DNA of 64,000 nt from an uncultured Candidatus Poseidoniales archaeon (GCA_964647665.1 CAZYIX010000002.1:120722-184721); one strand, 5' to 3'. Counted from the stretch's first letter, positions 47,765 through 58,578 are shown. The notes: generated by a model from the sequence alone, not told the origin. Numbers and translations: made by a program.

Positions 47765-49207
47765 TCAGAGTTCCTTGATTGCAGCATTCAATTCATTCAT
47801 CATCTTCTTGCCATCACCGAATAGCATCATGGTATTGTCCTCGTAGAATAGGTCGTTGTCCACTCCAGCATAACCAACGGAAAGACTGCGCTTGATGATG
47901 ACAACCACTCGAGCCTTGTCGGCATCGATTATTGGCATCCCTCCAAGTGGACCTTCGCCGGTGCGGGCGGCAGGATTCACCGTGTCGTTTGCACCGATGA
48001 CTATCGCAACATCAGTATCCTGCAATTCCGAATTGATTTCATCCATCTCAATCAGTTGCTCGTAAGGCACACTGGCCTCTGCAAGCAAGACGTTCATGTG
48101 ACCGGGCATTCGGCCGGCAACCGGATGGATTCCATACATCACAACGACGCCTTGAGACTCCATCATGTCAGCGAATTCCTTGACGGCGTGCTGGGCTTGA
48201 CTAACTGCCATACCATAGCCTGGAATGATGACGCACTTGCTGATGCCATCGCAGACCATTGCAACTTCTTCCGGGTCACTACCTACCTTGGTTCTGGAGA
48301 GTTGCTGTTTGTCTCCACTTCCGCCGAATGACTTGAACAACACAGCAGACAGTGTGCGATTCATTGCCTTGCACATGATGAAAGTCAGGACTAGCCCAGC
48401 CGCACCTACCATCGAGCCAGCGATAATCAGAACATTATTTCCGATGACAAAACCGGTGAATGCGGCGGCAATACCTGACAGAGAATTCAGCAGACTGACT
48501 ACTACCGGCATGTCTGCGCCACCGATTGGAAGCACAAACAGAATCCCGAGGATGCACGAAACAGCCACTAGGCCGTAGATGTAGTCGGTATTGGACGGCT
48601 CCTGAATAGTGAACCATACGAGAGCGAAGCCGCTGATAAGCAATCCAACCTTGACCAGATTGAGCCATTCAGGGCCCCAGGTAGGGAACCGGACCCACTT
48701 CTTGGTGAGTGGGATAGTGAATCCACCCTTCAATTTGAACATCGCAATCAGGCTTCCACTGAGAGTCACCCATCCGACGATACCGGACAAACCGATGGCC
48801 ACCCAGATTGCGTAGAACTCCACGCCCGTGGGAGGTATTCCACCCTCTACACCTGCACCAATCTGTAGTCGCTTGATGGCCTCTGACATTCCAACAAGGG
48901 CTGATGCACCCCCACCGAATCCATTGAACAGGGCTACCAACTCAGGCATTCCTGTCATCTCAACTCTCTTTGCCATGGTAAAGCCGATGAGACCACCAAT
49001 CGCCAAACCACCAAGGATGAGTTCGATTTCGATTTTTCCCTCTGTCTGCATACGCACCAGAGTGACCAGAACTGCAAGTCCCATTCCATAGGAACCAAGC
49101 CGGTTACCTGATGGTGCGGTCTTCGGACTTGAGAGCCGCTTGATTCCAAAGATGAATAATGCGGCTGAGGCAAGATAGCCAATATCCCAAACTACTGGAT
49201 CAACCAT
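47765..49207 (-). CDS. pntB: NAD(P) transhydrogenase subunit beta
   Basis: 'MVDPVVWDIGYLASAALFIFGIKRLSSPKTA' N-terminus and C-terminal dIII NADP-binding domain '...GYAGVDNDLFYEDNTMMLFGDGKK'. Start at the internal Met. Confidence 0.85.
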   Translation of the reverse strand: MVDPVVWDIGYLASAALFIFGIKRLSSPKTAPSGNRLGSYGMGLAVLVTLVRMQTEGKIEIELILGGLAIGGLIGFTMAKRVEMTGMPELVALFNGFGGGASALVGMSEAIKRLQIGAGVEGGIPPTGVEFYAIWVAIGLSGIVGWVTLSGSLIAMFKLKGGFTIPLTKKWVRFPTWGPEWLNLVKVGLLISGFALVWFTIQEPSNTDYIYGLVAVSCILGILFVLPIGGADMPVVVSLLNSLSGIAAAFTGFVIGNNVLIIAGSMVGAAGLVLTFIMCKAMNRTLSAVLFKSFGGSGDKQQLSRTKVGSDPEEVAMVCDGISKCVIIPGYGMAVSQAQHAVKEFADMMESQGVVVMYGIHPVAGRMPGHMNVLLAEASVPYEQLIEMDEINSELQDTDVAIVIGANDTVNPAARTGEGPLGGMPIIDADKARVVVIIKRSLSVGYAGVDNDLFYEDNTMMLFGDGKKMMNELNAAIKEL

Positions 49208-49208
49208 T

Positions 49209-49535
49209 TCAGTCACCTCCCTTGTTCCTTTTCCGCTTGCCCGCAATCATCTCAAGCATACGATTAGTGACCATGAAGCCACCAACTACGTTGATGGTAG
49301 CCATAATCAACGCTGTGAAAGCCAACCAAGCTGCTGTACCTGGATGTCCATCACCCCATGCAACGTTTGACAGAATCAATGCACCGACGATTGTAATGCC
49401 GGAAATCGCATTTGCACCAGACATCAAAGGGGTGTGCAAAGTGGGGGGGACCTTGCTGATTAACTCAAATCCGAGGAATATCGCAAGTACGAAAACTGTG
49501 ATGCTGGCTACTAGCGCAGCGAGGGTCAGACTCAT
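49209..49535 (-). CDS. pntA: NAD(P) transhydrogenase alpha subunit, membrane part (PntAB)
   Basis: 'LVASITVFVLAIFLGFELISKVPPTLHTPLMSGANAISGI' matches the conserved PntA dII segment. Confidence 0.8.
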   Translation of the reverse strand: MSLTLAALVASITVFVLAIFLGFELISKVPPTLHTPLMSGANAISGITIVGALILSNVAWGDGHPGTAAWLAFTALIMATINVVGGFMVTNRMLEMIAGKRKRNKGGD

Positions 49536-50695
49536 TCAACCACCTCGGCCAAACGAGTCTGTTTAGCATGAATCTCGCCGTCAGAGCAAATAAGAATCCC
49601 ACCCATTCCAGATACGTAGAAATCACTGTCCTCAGGTGCTCCGACTAGAATGTCGTCTTCCGGGTCTAGGACTATCTCGCCTTCCTTGACCAACGAAATG
49701 ACGAGGTTAGTGAGGTTGTTTGAGTACAACATGCTGGCAGTAGATGCGAGTTGTCCCGGTAGGTTGGTGGTGCCAATGATGATGACGCCATTCTTAGTGG
49801 TGATAATCTCTCCAGGCGAAGTTAGTTCACAATTGCCTCCAACATCTGCATTCATGTCGACCACTACTGAGCCCGGCTTGAAGTTCGCAACTGCTGAAGC
49901 AGGCACTGTAATAGGCGCAGGGCGACCAAAAATGCGGGCCGTGGTCACGATGACATCAGCATCGGATGCAACCTCACAAACCGTATCGTTGACTTTCTGA
50001 ATGAACTCAGGGGTCAGTGGCTTAGCGTAGCCGGATTCGTCCTCAAAGTCATCCATGCCCTCGACTTCAATGAAGCGTCCACCCACTGATTCGATTTGCT
50101 CGGCGGTGGACTTTCTGACGTCTGAGGCATAGACGATTGCGCCCAGCCTCTTGGCGGTCGCAATCGCTTGCAGGCCAGCCACTCCACTACCCATAATGAC
50201 AAACTTGGCTGGCTTAACAGTGCCAGCAGATGTAGTCATCATTGGAATTCCCTTTGCAACATTTGCGGCACCCATCAGCACTGCTTTGTAGCCAGCGAGG
50301 TTATCCTGACTTGAGTTCACGTCCATAGCCTGCGCGCGTGAGAGTCGTCGGGGAATCATGTCCATACTTAGTAGGGTGACCTTAGCATCCATAGCCTGCT
50401 TGACCCGATTAGGGTGGCGGAATGGATCAGCGACACAGGCGACTATCTGACCATGCTTGAGTGAGGAGACATCAGGCATACCGATGCAGATGAGGATGTC
50501 AGAACTCATCGCTTCTTCACGAGATGTGACATTGGCGCCTTTCCCTTCATATTCAGAATCAGGGTGGTGGGCAGATATGCCCGCACCCGCTTCTACCACA
50601 ATTTCAAAACCTAATTTTACCAACTTGGCTACTGAGTTCGGAACGATGGCGACTCTGGTCTCATCTCCGGCCTCAGTCAACACTCCCAACCTCAT
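49532..50695 (-). CDS. pntA: NAD(P) transhydrogenase alpha subunit, NAD(H)-binding part (PntAA)
   Basis: 'MRLGVLTEAGDETRVAIVPNSV...' alanine-dehydrogenase-like dI domain. Start at the internal Met; the ORF track extends to 51034. Confidence 0.8.
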   Translation of the reverse strand: MRLGVLTEAGDETRVAIVPNSVAKLVKLGFEIVVEAGAGISAHHPDSEYEGKGANVTSREEAMSSDILICIGMPDVSSLKHGQIVACVADPFRHPNRVKQAMDAKVTLLSMDMIPRRLSRAQAMDVNSSQDNLAGYKAVLMGAANVAKGIPMMTTSAGTVKPAKFVIMGSGVAGLQAIATAKRLGAIVYASDVRKSTAEQIESVGGRFIEVEGMDDFEDESGYAKPLTPEFIQKVNDTVCEVASDADVIVTTARIFGRPAPITVPASAVANFKPGSVVVDMNADVGGNCELTSPGEIITTKNGVIIIGTTNLPGQLASTASMLYSNNLTNLVISLVKEGEIVLDPEDDILVGAPEDSDFYVSGMGGILICSDGEIHAKQTRLAEVVE

Positions 50696-50739
50696 TTCCT
50701 CAACTCCTTCGTTGCTCAACCCCAAGTCGGTAGTGGTTG

Positions 50740-50749
50740 TACAATTGTA
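50740..50749. promoter_or_regulatory. Perfect 10-bp palindrome TACAATTGTA in the divergent pntAA/mdh intergenic region
   Basis: Seen directly in the sequence. An A/T-rich TATA-like 'CTTGATAAT' lies nearby. Confidence 0.3.
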
Positions 50750-50881
50750 TCGACCTGAATCGGGTTCTTGAACCATGCGGATTAACTGACTGAACTTGAT
50801 AATCGAGTTGGGCGGAACGAGGGCTACAGCAGCAACCCATATGGACGGGTGTCGGCGCGCATGAATACAAGAGGAATGCAG

Positions 50882-51820
50882 ATGAGCGGTGGAAAGGCAA
50901 AGATCGCTGTGATTGGAGCGGGCAATGTCGGTGCGACTTGCGCGTTCGTATTGGCTACGAAAAATCTCGGAGAAATCGTCCTGCTCGACATCTATGAGGG
51001 ATTCGCCAAAGGAAAGGCCCTCGACATGAGCCAAGGTGGACAGATTCTGAATTATGATGGTAATCTCACAGGGACCTCAAACTACGAGGATATCGCTGGT
51101 GCTGATGTTGTGGTTGTAACCAGCGGATTTCCTCGCAAGCCGGGAATGAGCCGCGAAGACCTCATCGGTAAGAATGCCGAAATAATCTCGCAAGTCGGGG
51201 CAGGCATCCGCGAACACGCACCGAATTCAGTAATCGTGATGGTGACCAATCCGCTTGACTTGATGACGTTCCATATGCAGAAGGTCACTGGATTCCCAGC
51301 CAACCGTGTGGTTGGACAGGCTGGAATTCTCGACAGTGCTCGAATGACACATTTCGTGGCCGACGCGGTCGGCTGCTCTAATGAGGACGTTACCGCAATG
51401 GTGCTCGGTGGCCATGGAGACACCATGGTGCCGCTGCCTCGCTATACTACTGTCAGCGGTATCAGCATCGACCAATTGCTCGATGATGATACAATCTCCG
51501 CCATCTGTGAAAGGACTGCTGGCGGTGGCGGAGAAATCGTCAAACTTCTGGAAAAAGGCAGCGCATTCTACGCTCCCGGCAGCGCCGCCGCAATCATGGC
51601 CGAATCGGTTCTACTCGACCGTAAACGGCTGCTCCCGTGCAGCGCCTATCTGACTGGTGAGTACGGCTTGGAAGACGTATACATCGGAGTACCTGTCATT
51701 CTAGGTGCATCCGGAGTTGAGAGCATCATCGAATTGGAATTAACCGGCGAAGAACTCGCTTCACTACAGGGTTCTGGTGAATTCTACAAGCAACAACTCT
51801 CCGAACTTCTCGGATACTAG
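50882..51820 (+). CDS. mdh: Malate dehydrogenase (LDH-like, NAD-dependent)
   Basis: 'KIAVIGAGNVGATCAFVL' Rossmann motif. 'SGFPRKPGMSR' carries the Arg that specifies malate over lactate. Catalytic-His region present. Confidence 0.8.
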   Translation: MSGGKAKIAVIGAGNVGATCAFVLATKNLGEIVLLDIYEGFAKGKALDMSQGGQILNYDGNLTGTSNYEDIAGADVVVVTSGFPRKPGMSREDLIGKNAEIISQVGAGIREHAPNSVIVMVTNPLDLMTFHMQKVTGFPANRVVGQAGILDSARMTHFVADAVGCSNEDVTAMVLGGHGDTMVPLPRYTTVSGISIDQLLDDDTISAICERTAGGGGEIVKLLEKGSAFYAPGSAAAIMAESVLLDRKRLLPCSAYLTGEYGLEDVYIGVPVILGASGVESIIELELTGEELASLQGSGEFYKQQLSELLGY

Positions 51821-51860
51821 GTGGGTTCTTCATCGAGGCTGTCAGCCGCAAGAGGGGAGA

Positions 51861-52640
51861 ATGATGCAGGAACTGCTCTATCTCGAACACGACGGCAAGG
51901 TTCTGCTAGTCGATTCAGGTGGTGAAGGACCCATGCTTGCAGAAATGGGCAGGACAGATTGGCCACAACGAGTCGACAAGGCGTGGCTGCTCCGATTACC
52001 GACACAAACAGAAGTCGAATCTATGGGAATCGCGTGGCATGAGAGAAGGAGGAATCAATTCTCTCTCGGAGATGAGCGATTCAAGGTCATCCACGCCATT
52101 CCGGACATTGTCTGGCCTGAGCATTGGGCGTGGAAGGACACCATTCCCTCAGACTCAGCTGTTCATCCAGCCGCCCGGGAATCGGTATACCGCAGCATGC
52201 ACCGACTGGTTGCAAAGGTCATCCTGCGCAACCCCCAGGGACAGATCCTGATGGCGAAAGTCAAGCGCGGTTTTTTCACGGGACACTGGACTCTGTGTGG
52301 TGGTTTCCTAGATTATGCTGAACACCCCCGTGATGGAGTCGCACGCGAAGCAGAGGAAGAGCTCGGCATTTCCATTGATGTAGGAGACCCGATTGGAGAA
52401 TCAGCAGAACCACGTGAAGGCAAGGATTTCTCATTCGTTCAGTCAAAGATATTCACTTCTGAAGGCATAAACTTCGTTTCATTCACCTATCTGGTCGACA
52501 TCGACCCAAGTCCTGATAACTTCAAACTCAAAGATGATGAAATTGACGAGGTCAAATGGTTTGAACTCGATAAGGCGGTACAGGTAGCGGCATCACTATT
52601 TGACCTCGATGCGCTGTCTCAACTAAAGAAAGATAGATGA
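51861..52640 (+). CDS. NUDIX hydrolase
   Basis: Nudix box 'GGFLDYAEHPRDGVAREAEEELGI' (Gx5Ex7REUxEExGU). Confidence 0.75.
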   Translation: MMQELLYLEHDGKVLLVDSGGEGPMLAEMGRTDWPQRVDKAWLLRLPTQTEVESMGIAWHERRRNQFSLGDERFKVIHAIPDIVWPEHWAWKDTIPSDSAVHPAARESVYRSMHRLVAKVILRNPQGQILMAKVKRGFFTGHWTLCGGFLDYAEHPRDGVAREAEEELGISIDVGDPIGESAEPREGKDFSFVQSKIFTSEGINFVSFTYLVDIDPSPDNFKLKDDEIDEVKWFELDKAVQVAASLFDLDALSQLKKDR

Positions 52641-52653
52641 ATGGGGTGGAATT

Positions 52654-53400
52654 TTGAGGGCAAGTTTGGTTAGCGATGAGGTATTCAAGCGAATAATCAT
52701 CGCTGGTGTTGTACTGGTTGTAGGCACATGCATTGTCAGCCAAGCGATTATGCAAATGGACTTCAGTGGGAAACGAGATACTCCTGTGTATTACTCCGAA
52801 CATTTTCCCGGTAACCAAACGCACATCGATTTCCCAGATGGTTTACCACCATTCATCTCATCTGCCGGAGCATATTATCCAGAGAAAGCAATTTTCGATG
52901 TTGGACTAGCCATTGGAGGTCTCTTGTTAGGCCTACTGGGTGTTGAGATGTTCCTTCGTTCACGAAAGTCGCTCACCGCGATTGATGCGTCGAAATGGAG
53001 GCATCTAGCTAACGTGGTTCAAGGAATTACAGCAATTGCGATGGGGATTTCATTAGTGATGCTTACTCGTTATCCATTCAATACTGATATTGTGATGCAT
53101 GTCTACTATGCGGTGATTATCTTCCAGGGCAGCCTCATCTGGATGGCGACGAATGCTGCGGCTCGAGCCCCATTGGATAGCGGCGTTTACTGGAGGGGGT
53201 ATCCCATCACACGAGTTCGCTGGCTGCTATTTGCCACCGGACTTATCTCATACCTACTGATGACTGCCTTGGTCAGCACCGGAAACCTCGTTGAATCCGC
53301 ACTCTTTGAGTGGACTCTTACCTTCTCATCAGAAATATCGATGCTGACGTTGATACCTGCTATTGCAATGGCTTCTTCCGGGCAATCGGAAGAAGAATGA
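52654..53400 (+). CDS. Hypothetical integral membrane protein (5-6 TM)
   Basis: ORF with multiple hydrophobic helices; no family recognised. Confidence 0.4.
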   Translation: MRASLVSDEVFKRIIIAGVVLVVGTCIVSQAIMQMDFSGKRDTPVYYSEHFPGNQTHIDFPDGLPPFISSAGAYYPEKAIFDVGLAIGGLLLGLLGVEMFLRSRKSLTAIDASKWRHLANVVQGITAIAMGISLVMLTRYPFNTDIVMHVYYAVIIFQGSLIWMATNAAARAPLDSGVYWRGYPITRVRWLLFATGLISYLLMTALVSTGNLVESALFEWTLTFSSEISMLTLIPAIAMASSGQSEEE

Positions 53401-53402
53401 GG

Positions 53403-54035
53403 TCAGGGTTCCTCAACATACTCATCGGATTGTCGGTGTAATTGAGATTTTTCATCGGCCATCCAAACCCCCAATAGAATTGCTAGAATCAGGATTACTA
53501 TTCCTCCGACCAGTAGCAACTGTGTGGTTTCGAACTCACCAGTGAGATCTGCCTGAGGTTCTTCGTCACAATCTGCGCCGAAACACTCACCAATGTTAGG
53601 GGAGTGGGAATCGCTGACTACATCAAGCAATATGTGAATCTCTGTACCATCGGAGACATAGTCGGTCAGGGCATAATCTCCAACCAAATCAGAACTGTTG
53701 AAGGGGAGCGACCAAGAACGTCGGCAACTAGAGTCATTATCCCAATCACAAACTCCACTCAATGGCCCTGATGAGAACTCGTTCTCGTCATCGAAATCAC
53801 CGTCACCATTGAGGTCCAAACCAATGTGGTGAGTAATGTTCTCACGATCATCCACGTTGTAATACTGTACGGTATCACTGACGATGATGCTCACCTGATT
53901 GGGGGAATGATTACCTTGGCGAACGATGACAGTGTAGGTTGAAGGATCGTGTGCAGCCACTGGCATCGCTAGCAGTGGGAAAATGAATATCAGCATGAGG
54001 CTGAATACACCTGCGGTGCGGCTGGGCGCGGTCAT
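53403..54035 (-). CDS. Small exported cupredoxin-like protein with predicted mature N-terminal His and C-terminal TM anchor (paralogue A)
   Basis: Signal peptide '...LLAMPVAA|HDPST' (AxA then His). 'TYTVIVRQGNHSPNQVSIIVSDTVQYYNVDD...HH' resembles the first strands of cupredoxins. C-terminal 'LLLVGGIVILILAILLGVW'. Confidence 0.45.
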   Translation of the reverse strand: MTAPSRTAGVFSLMLIFIFPLLAMPVAAHDPSTYTVIVRQGNHSPNQVSIIVSDTVQYYNVDDRENITHHIGLDLNGDGDFDDENEFSSGPLSGVCDWDNDSSCRRSWSLPFNSSDLVGDYALTDYVSDGTEIHILLDVVSDSHSPNIGECFGADCDEEPQADLTGEFETTQLLLVGGIVILILAILLGVWMADEKSQLHRQSDEYVEEP

Positions 54036-54053
54036 GGTGTCGGCTACCGCTTC

Positions 54054-55829
54054 ATGGATAAAACAAAACCGACTCGCAGGTTCGGGGGCGCCATGGACAT
54101 CAAGGCGGTTGCTCTAGCCGTGCTACTATTGCTAGGCAGCACCATGCTCGGAGCCTTTGCGCTAATCACCCTCGGTGTTGACAAAGATGCTGATTCTGGC
54201 CAACTTAACTTGGTCGGAGACCCGCTGATGCAGGATGAGGGACATGACCACCGTAATGCAAGTTCTCACATGAATTACACTGAAAATATTCAGCCTGTAT
54301 CATTCAACAAACTCACAGAGCCAGGCAATGCGGAAATTCAGGTGGCGGATTCACCTGATGGGAAAACCTACGCCTATATCGCTGGCTGGAAGGAGATGCA
54401 CATCGTCGATGTATCCGACCCAGAAAACACCACTGTAACAGGAGTCTATTATGACCCTAACACTCAGGTTCTTGACGTTAAGTATCTCGAATATAATAGT
54501 CGTGAATATGTTATCGTACAGAACCAAATTATCGACGCCGGTTCTGCCGACCCAAACGTTGGCGCTTGGGAAGACCCGGCACAGGTTACGGTGACTTTGG
54601 TCGATGTGACTGACAAATCCGACCCGAGTTGGGTTGACTCTTGGTATGATGCCGACCATCCAAGCGGCCCCCACAATCTGTATACGCACATGATAGACAA
54701 TGAATGGTATATCTTTGTCGCAAACCCTGACTATGAACAATGCGACATCGGTCAGGGTGACGCTTGTGGCGGCGTTACAATCGCGCATCTGAATTTCGCC
54801 GCTTACGGTGACCTGCCACGGATTGTCAAGGTTGGTGAAGCGGAAGTGTCGTGGGAAACCACGCGTGGCGGGTGGATTTACATTCACGATATGACTGTGC
54901 AATCTTGGCCCGGAGAGGATACCAACGATCCGCGATTCGGCCGTACCTACGTCTACGGTGCATATTGGGAAGCCGGTTTGAGAATCTTTGATGTTAGCGA
55001 TGTACCGCATCCGGGCAACGATATGGCCGAATATCTCTGGCACGGCTCTCTCTGTCGGGCATCTGGTGGAACACAAGCTGGTTGCATGTGGAGAGCCCCA
55101 GAAGTCGGACTGTGGATGGATTTCGAGGACTTCGACGGTGATGGAGAGCCTGACAGCGGAACTACCGGCAACGAGAACGGGGGTAGGTCATCCTACATTC
55201 ACTACGCAGAGCCAATTGACAAGATGGTAGATGCAAGCCACCTTGGTTATCCAATGGGCAAGATGCACCTGACTTTCCTCGCCACTGAGGTGTTGCAGAC
55301 AAATGTCGGCACAGGAATGGTCTATCTGCTAGACACCACCGAATATGAGGAGGTCAATGGAAATGTGCGCTTCCTACCAAAACTGCTGCATGGCTGGGAA
55401 AACCCATACGCATGGGAACATTTCATCCCCGGAGGGGCGGAATGGCTTTTGTTCAGCCCTCACAACGCAGACACTGAGATTTTTCAAACAGGTCTGCCAG
55501 GATTGCCCGATAATAGCCACGGTGGGGCTTGGGATGGCAGGATCTATCTCTCCAGTTACCATGCTGGATTGTGGGTTTTAGACATCGAGACTCTGATGGC
55601 CGCTGGGCTTGAAGATGATAACAAAACGGATGTTCATATTGAGGCTACAATTGGTTATCACCTGCCGCATGGAGCAGACGGTGAACCTCTTGAGAGTTCT
55701 TACTACGACTTCGGATGGACACCGTTCCTGTGGGCGGCTGAATATCACGAAGGGTACGCCTACCTCTCGTGTATCACTACGGGCCTATATATCGTCCAAT
55801 TAGACCTAGATATGCCCTATGCCACATGA
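54054..55829 (+). CDS. LVIVD-repeat beta-propeller protein (COG5276-like), exported
   Basis: N-terminal signal-anchor. 'MHIVDVSDPENT', 'YWEAGLRIFDVSDVPHPGND' and 'GLWVLDIE' repeat signatures. Confidence 0.55.
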   Translation: MDKTKPTRRFGGAMDIKAVALAVLLLLGSTMLGAFALITLGVDKDADSGQLNLVGDPLMQDEGHDHRNASSHMNYTENIQPVSFNKLTEPGNAEIQVADSPDGKTYAYIAGWKEMHIVDVSDPENTTVTGVYYDPNTQVLDVKYLEYNSREYVIVQNQIIDAGSADPNVGAWEDPAQVTVTLVDVTDKSDPSWVDSWYDADHPSGPHNLYTHMIDNEWYIFVANPDYEQCDIGQGDACGGVTIAHLNFAAYGDLPRIVKVGEAEVSWETTRGGWIYIHDMTVQSWPGEDTNDPRFGRTYVYGAYWEAGLRIFDVSDVPHPGNDMAEYLWHGSLCRASGGTQAGCMWRAPEVGLWMDFEDFDGDGEPDSGTTGNENGGRSSYIHYAEPIDKMVDASHLGYPMGKMHLTFLATEVLQTNVGTGMVYLLDTTEYEEVNGNVRFLPKLLHGWENPYAWEHFIPGGAEWLLFSPHNADTEIFQTGLPGLPDNSHGGAWDGRIYLSSYHAGLWVLDIETLMAAGLEDDNKTDVHIEATIGYHLPHGADGEPLESSYYDFGWTPFLWAAEYHEGYAYLSCITTGLYIVQLDLDMPYAT

Positions 55830-55925
55830 TTCTAAGGCATTGGATGAGAACTCTAGCATGCGTTGGATTCAACAATGTGACCCGCACCGGCATGGCTGTC
55901 GGCCGTAGGCCGGTAGGGTGTAATA

Positions 55926-57923
55926 ATGCGAAGAGAAGCACTGCATTCAGATGAAATCGCCGCAGATAGAGTGATGATTGCGGCTGCCTGTGCGTTACTA
56001 ATCATCTCAGCAGCGTCGATTATTGCCTTGCTTGCAATCGGCGGCGGTGCTGATTCAGTCACGGAAGAGCAATGGCAATGGGTGGACCCAATAACCGAGA
56101 TTCAAGATGATAACCACAGTCATTCCGACTTGCTTTCACACCGTTTGTCCACACCGAACATGCAACTCATCGATTATCACAACCTGAACTGTGATGGGGA
56201 TATGTTCCCACCACCTGAATTAGACAACACTGCAGGAAGGCCGTGTGTCCACGAAGTGAAGAATACGGCACCTACTCCCGGTGACAATTCGGAGGTTATT
56301 GTCGAAGGGAATTTCGACGAGGATTGTGTGATCTATTCAGATGGTTCGGGTGGATGCTTCGCATACGTAGCTGCATACAACCAATTCCACATCCTTGACA
56401 TCTCAGCACCGAATGATATCAAGATGATGAGCACTTACTACGCTGAAATTGCTCGTATTATCGATGTGAAGGTCACTGATGACAACAATTGGGTTTTAAT
56501 CAATCACGAATTGACAAATAGCGAATTGGACCCAATTCCGAATGATGACGATGCAAATAGCGGCACCAATCGGCTCGACGTCATCTATGTCGGTGACAAA
56601 ACTTCACCTATCAAGGTCGCAGAATGGAATAACCCACCAGCCGGATTCCACAATCAAGACGTTCATGTCTACTGTGATTGGGATGGCGTGTCAAATCCGG
56701 ATGAAGATTGCAGTCTATTCCTATTCGGCGCCGACCCTTACCCGGAGATTTTTGCAGGTGGAGTAGGTTACAAGGGCACGCAGATTTTCTATGTCCCGCT
56801 CGGATTTGAATCATGGTTACCTAACCAAAACGAGGAGCAACAGAATTCAAGCCGCGAAATTATTCGTTGGGGCGGCTACACCCCCGACCCTGACACCACC
56901 TGTGGTGGAACCGTATTCAATCACGACAATGTACTCTCGGTGCATCCTATAACCGGCCAAGTTCTACTTTACCTCGCATATTGGGATGCTGGACTACGAA
57001 TCGTCGATGTCTCCGACCCGGTTACAGTTGCTGACCCATTCGGACTGAACTGGCCACAGAATAATGAGGTCGGGCGATGGATGGGCTGCCCATCTGCTAA
57101 CGACGGCTGGTACGGTCCAGACGGTGGTGGCCATGCAAACATGACTGCGACTCAGTGGGCTGGTTCCACTGGAATTGCAAATGGCAACGGCAATATCCAC
57201 TACGTCATCCCCTACGACCACCTCGTCTGCTCTGGAATATGGACTGGAAGCACTCTACCATGGCCAGAGCAGTGCGGCACTGGGCCAGATGATGCAACTT
57301 ACGGCATCAACTGGCGTCACTACACGCTAATCGCTCCCGAATATGGTAGCAATGACAATCACACTGGATTCGTGCGCACCATCGACACCACAGACCCAGC
57401 CAAGCCATTCCTTGTCAGTGAGTGGAAATTGCCGGGTAAGGGTATTCGCGATAACGGCAGCGAACACGATAACCACTACATTCCGGGAGGTTACATCTAC
57501 AGTCCTCACAACGGTGATACTGGGTTGGGTGGCCATGTCTACTGGACCCACTACCACGGTGGAGCATGGGTGACAGACCACGGACTTATTTGGGACGAGT
57601 TAATCTGGGAGAACGGAGTTGCTGAACCAGACAGGGGGTGGCAGGCGATAACAAGTCTAGCAACCACTCACACAATGGGCTACTTCCTTCCTTCAGGTCC
57701 AGTTTGGATAAATGATTCAATTTCATTCCTTGAGTACGATATGGCAGATTGTTGGGCCTCGTGCATGATTCCATTCGACTGGGGATTGCAGTTCGACCCT
57801 CGTGGATTTATCGTCATCTCTGAAATGGTCAGCGGGCTTTACATCGTTCAAATGGACGAAGACTTCGATGCTGAAAATGAATTCCCGCCAATCTGGGATG
57901 TTGAGGTAGCACCGGAGGAGTGA
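55926..57923 (+). CDS. LVIVD-repeat beta-propeller protein (paralogue), exported
   Basis: 'FHILDISAPNDIK', 'YWDAGLRIVDVSDPVTVADP' and 'GLYIVQMDED' signatures. N-terminal TM 'VMIAAACALLIISAASIIALLAI'. Confidence 0.55.
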   Translation: MRREALHSDEIAADRVMIAAACALLIISAASIIALLAIGGGADSVTEEQWQWVDPITEIQDDNHSHSDLLSHRLSTPNMQLIDYHNLNCDGDMFPPPELDNTAGRPCVHEVKNTAPTPGDNSEVIVEGNFDEDCVIYSDGSGGCFAYVAAYNQFHILDISAPNDIKMMSTYYAEIARIIDVKVTDDNNWVLINHELTNSELDPIPNDDDANSGTNRLDVIYVGDKTSPIKVAEWNNPPAGFHNQDVHVYCDWDGVSNPDEDCSLFLFGADPYPEIFAGGVGYKGTQIFYVPLGFESWLPNQNEEQQNSSREIIRWGGYTPDPDTTCGGTVFNHDNVLSVHPITGQVLLYLAYWDAGLRIVDVSDPVTVADPFGLNWPQNNEVGRWMGCPSANDGWYGPDGGGHANMTATQWAGSTGIANGNGNIHYVIPYDHLVCSGIWTGSTLPWPEQCGTGPDDATYGINWRHYTLIAPEYGSNDNHTGFVRTIDTTDPAKPFLVSEWKLPGKGIRDNGSEHDNHYIPGGYIYSPHNGDTGLGGHVYWTHYHGGAWVTDHGLIWDELIWENGVAEPDRGWQAITSLATTHTMGYFLPSGPVWINDSISFLEYDMADCWASCMIPFDWGLQFDPRGFIVISEMVSGLYIVQMDEDFDAENEFPPIWDVEVAPEE

Positions 57924-58495
57924 GGTGTATGGCGTCTCGCCGTGTTGGAGTATCACTGGCAGTGTCAATCATTGCCCTATGCGTTATCGCCCCAACAGTG
58001 TCTGCACACGGTGCTAACACATTCTGGGTCATCGCTAGAGGAACCTATCTTCAGCCAGACACGATGGAGATTCTTCAAAATGACACTGTCGAGGTTCACA
58101 ACTCTGCTGATTCCAACCGAACAGTTAGAATCGATTTCGATGGAGATGGACTTTACAACGGCAGCAACGATGTCGAGTGCAATCTAGCCAGCGGTGAGTA
58201 CTGTGCGGTATGGCTTGAACCTGCAAATTGGACCGCTGGACAGTGGACAATAGAGATTATTGATGAAAATGGCTCAAGAATGAATGCATCACTGAAAGTC
58301 CAAACTGATATGCACACAGAAGGAGATGGCAATCCAATTGGCTATGAATTCGGCTTGGATGATGAATTACCTCAGGATGATGCCGCCGGTTCTTCCACCT
58401 TCAACAACTGGCTACCATTTATCGCCCTCGCCAGTGGAATCAGTGGATTGCTATTACTCAACTTTATCAGGAATCGTCGAGTAGAAACCAATTAG
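57920..58495 (+). CDS. Small exported cupredoxin-like protein with predicted mature N-terminal His and C-terminal TM anchor (paralogue B)
   Basis: Signal '...VIAPTVSA|HGANT'. 'FWVIARGTYLQPDTMEILQNDTVEVHNSADSNRTVRIDFDGDG' aligns with paralogue A. C-terminal 'WLPFIALASGISGLLLL'. Start overlaps the upstream stop by 4 nt. Confidence 0.45.
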   Translation: MRCMASRRVGVSLAVSIIALCVIAPTVSAHGANTFWVIARGTYLQPDTMEILQNDTVEVHNSADSNRTVRIDFDGDGLYNGSNDVECNLASGEYCAVWLEPANWTAGQWTIEIIDENGSRMNASLKVQTDMHTEGDGNPIGYEFGLDDELPQDDAAGSSTFNNWLPFIALASGISGLLLLNFIRNRRVETN

Positions 58496-58578
58496 CAAGA
58501 TGAATCTGAAAATGGCTCTTCAGTGGTTTAGGAATTTGTTCGGATTAGACATTAACTATTCATTATGGATGTGAGAAA

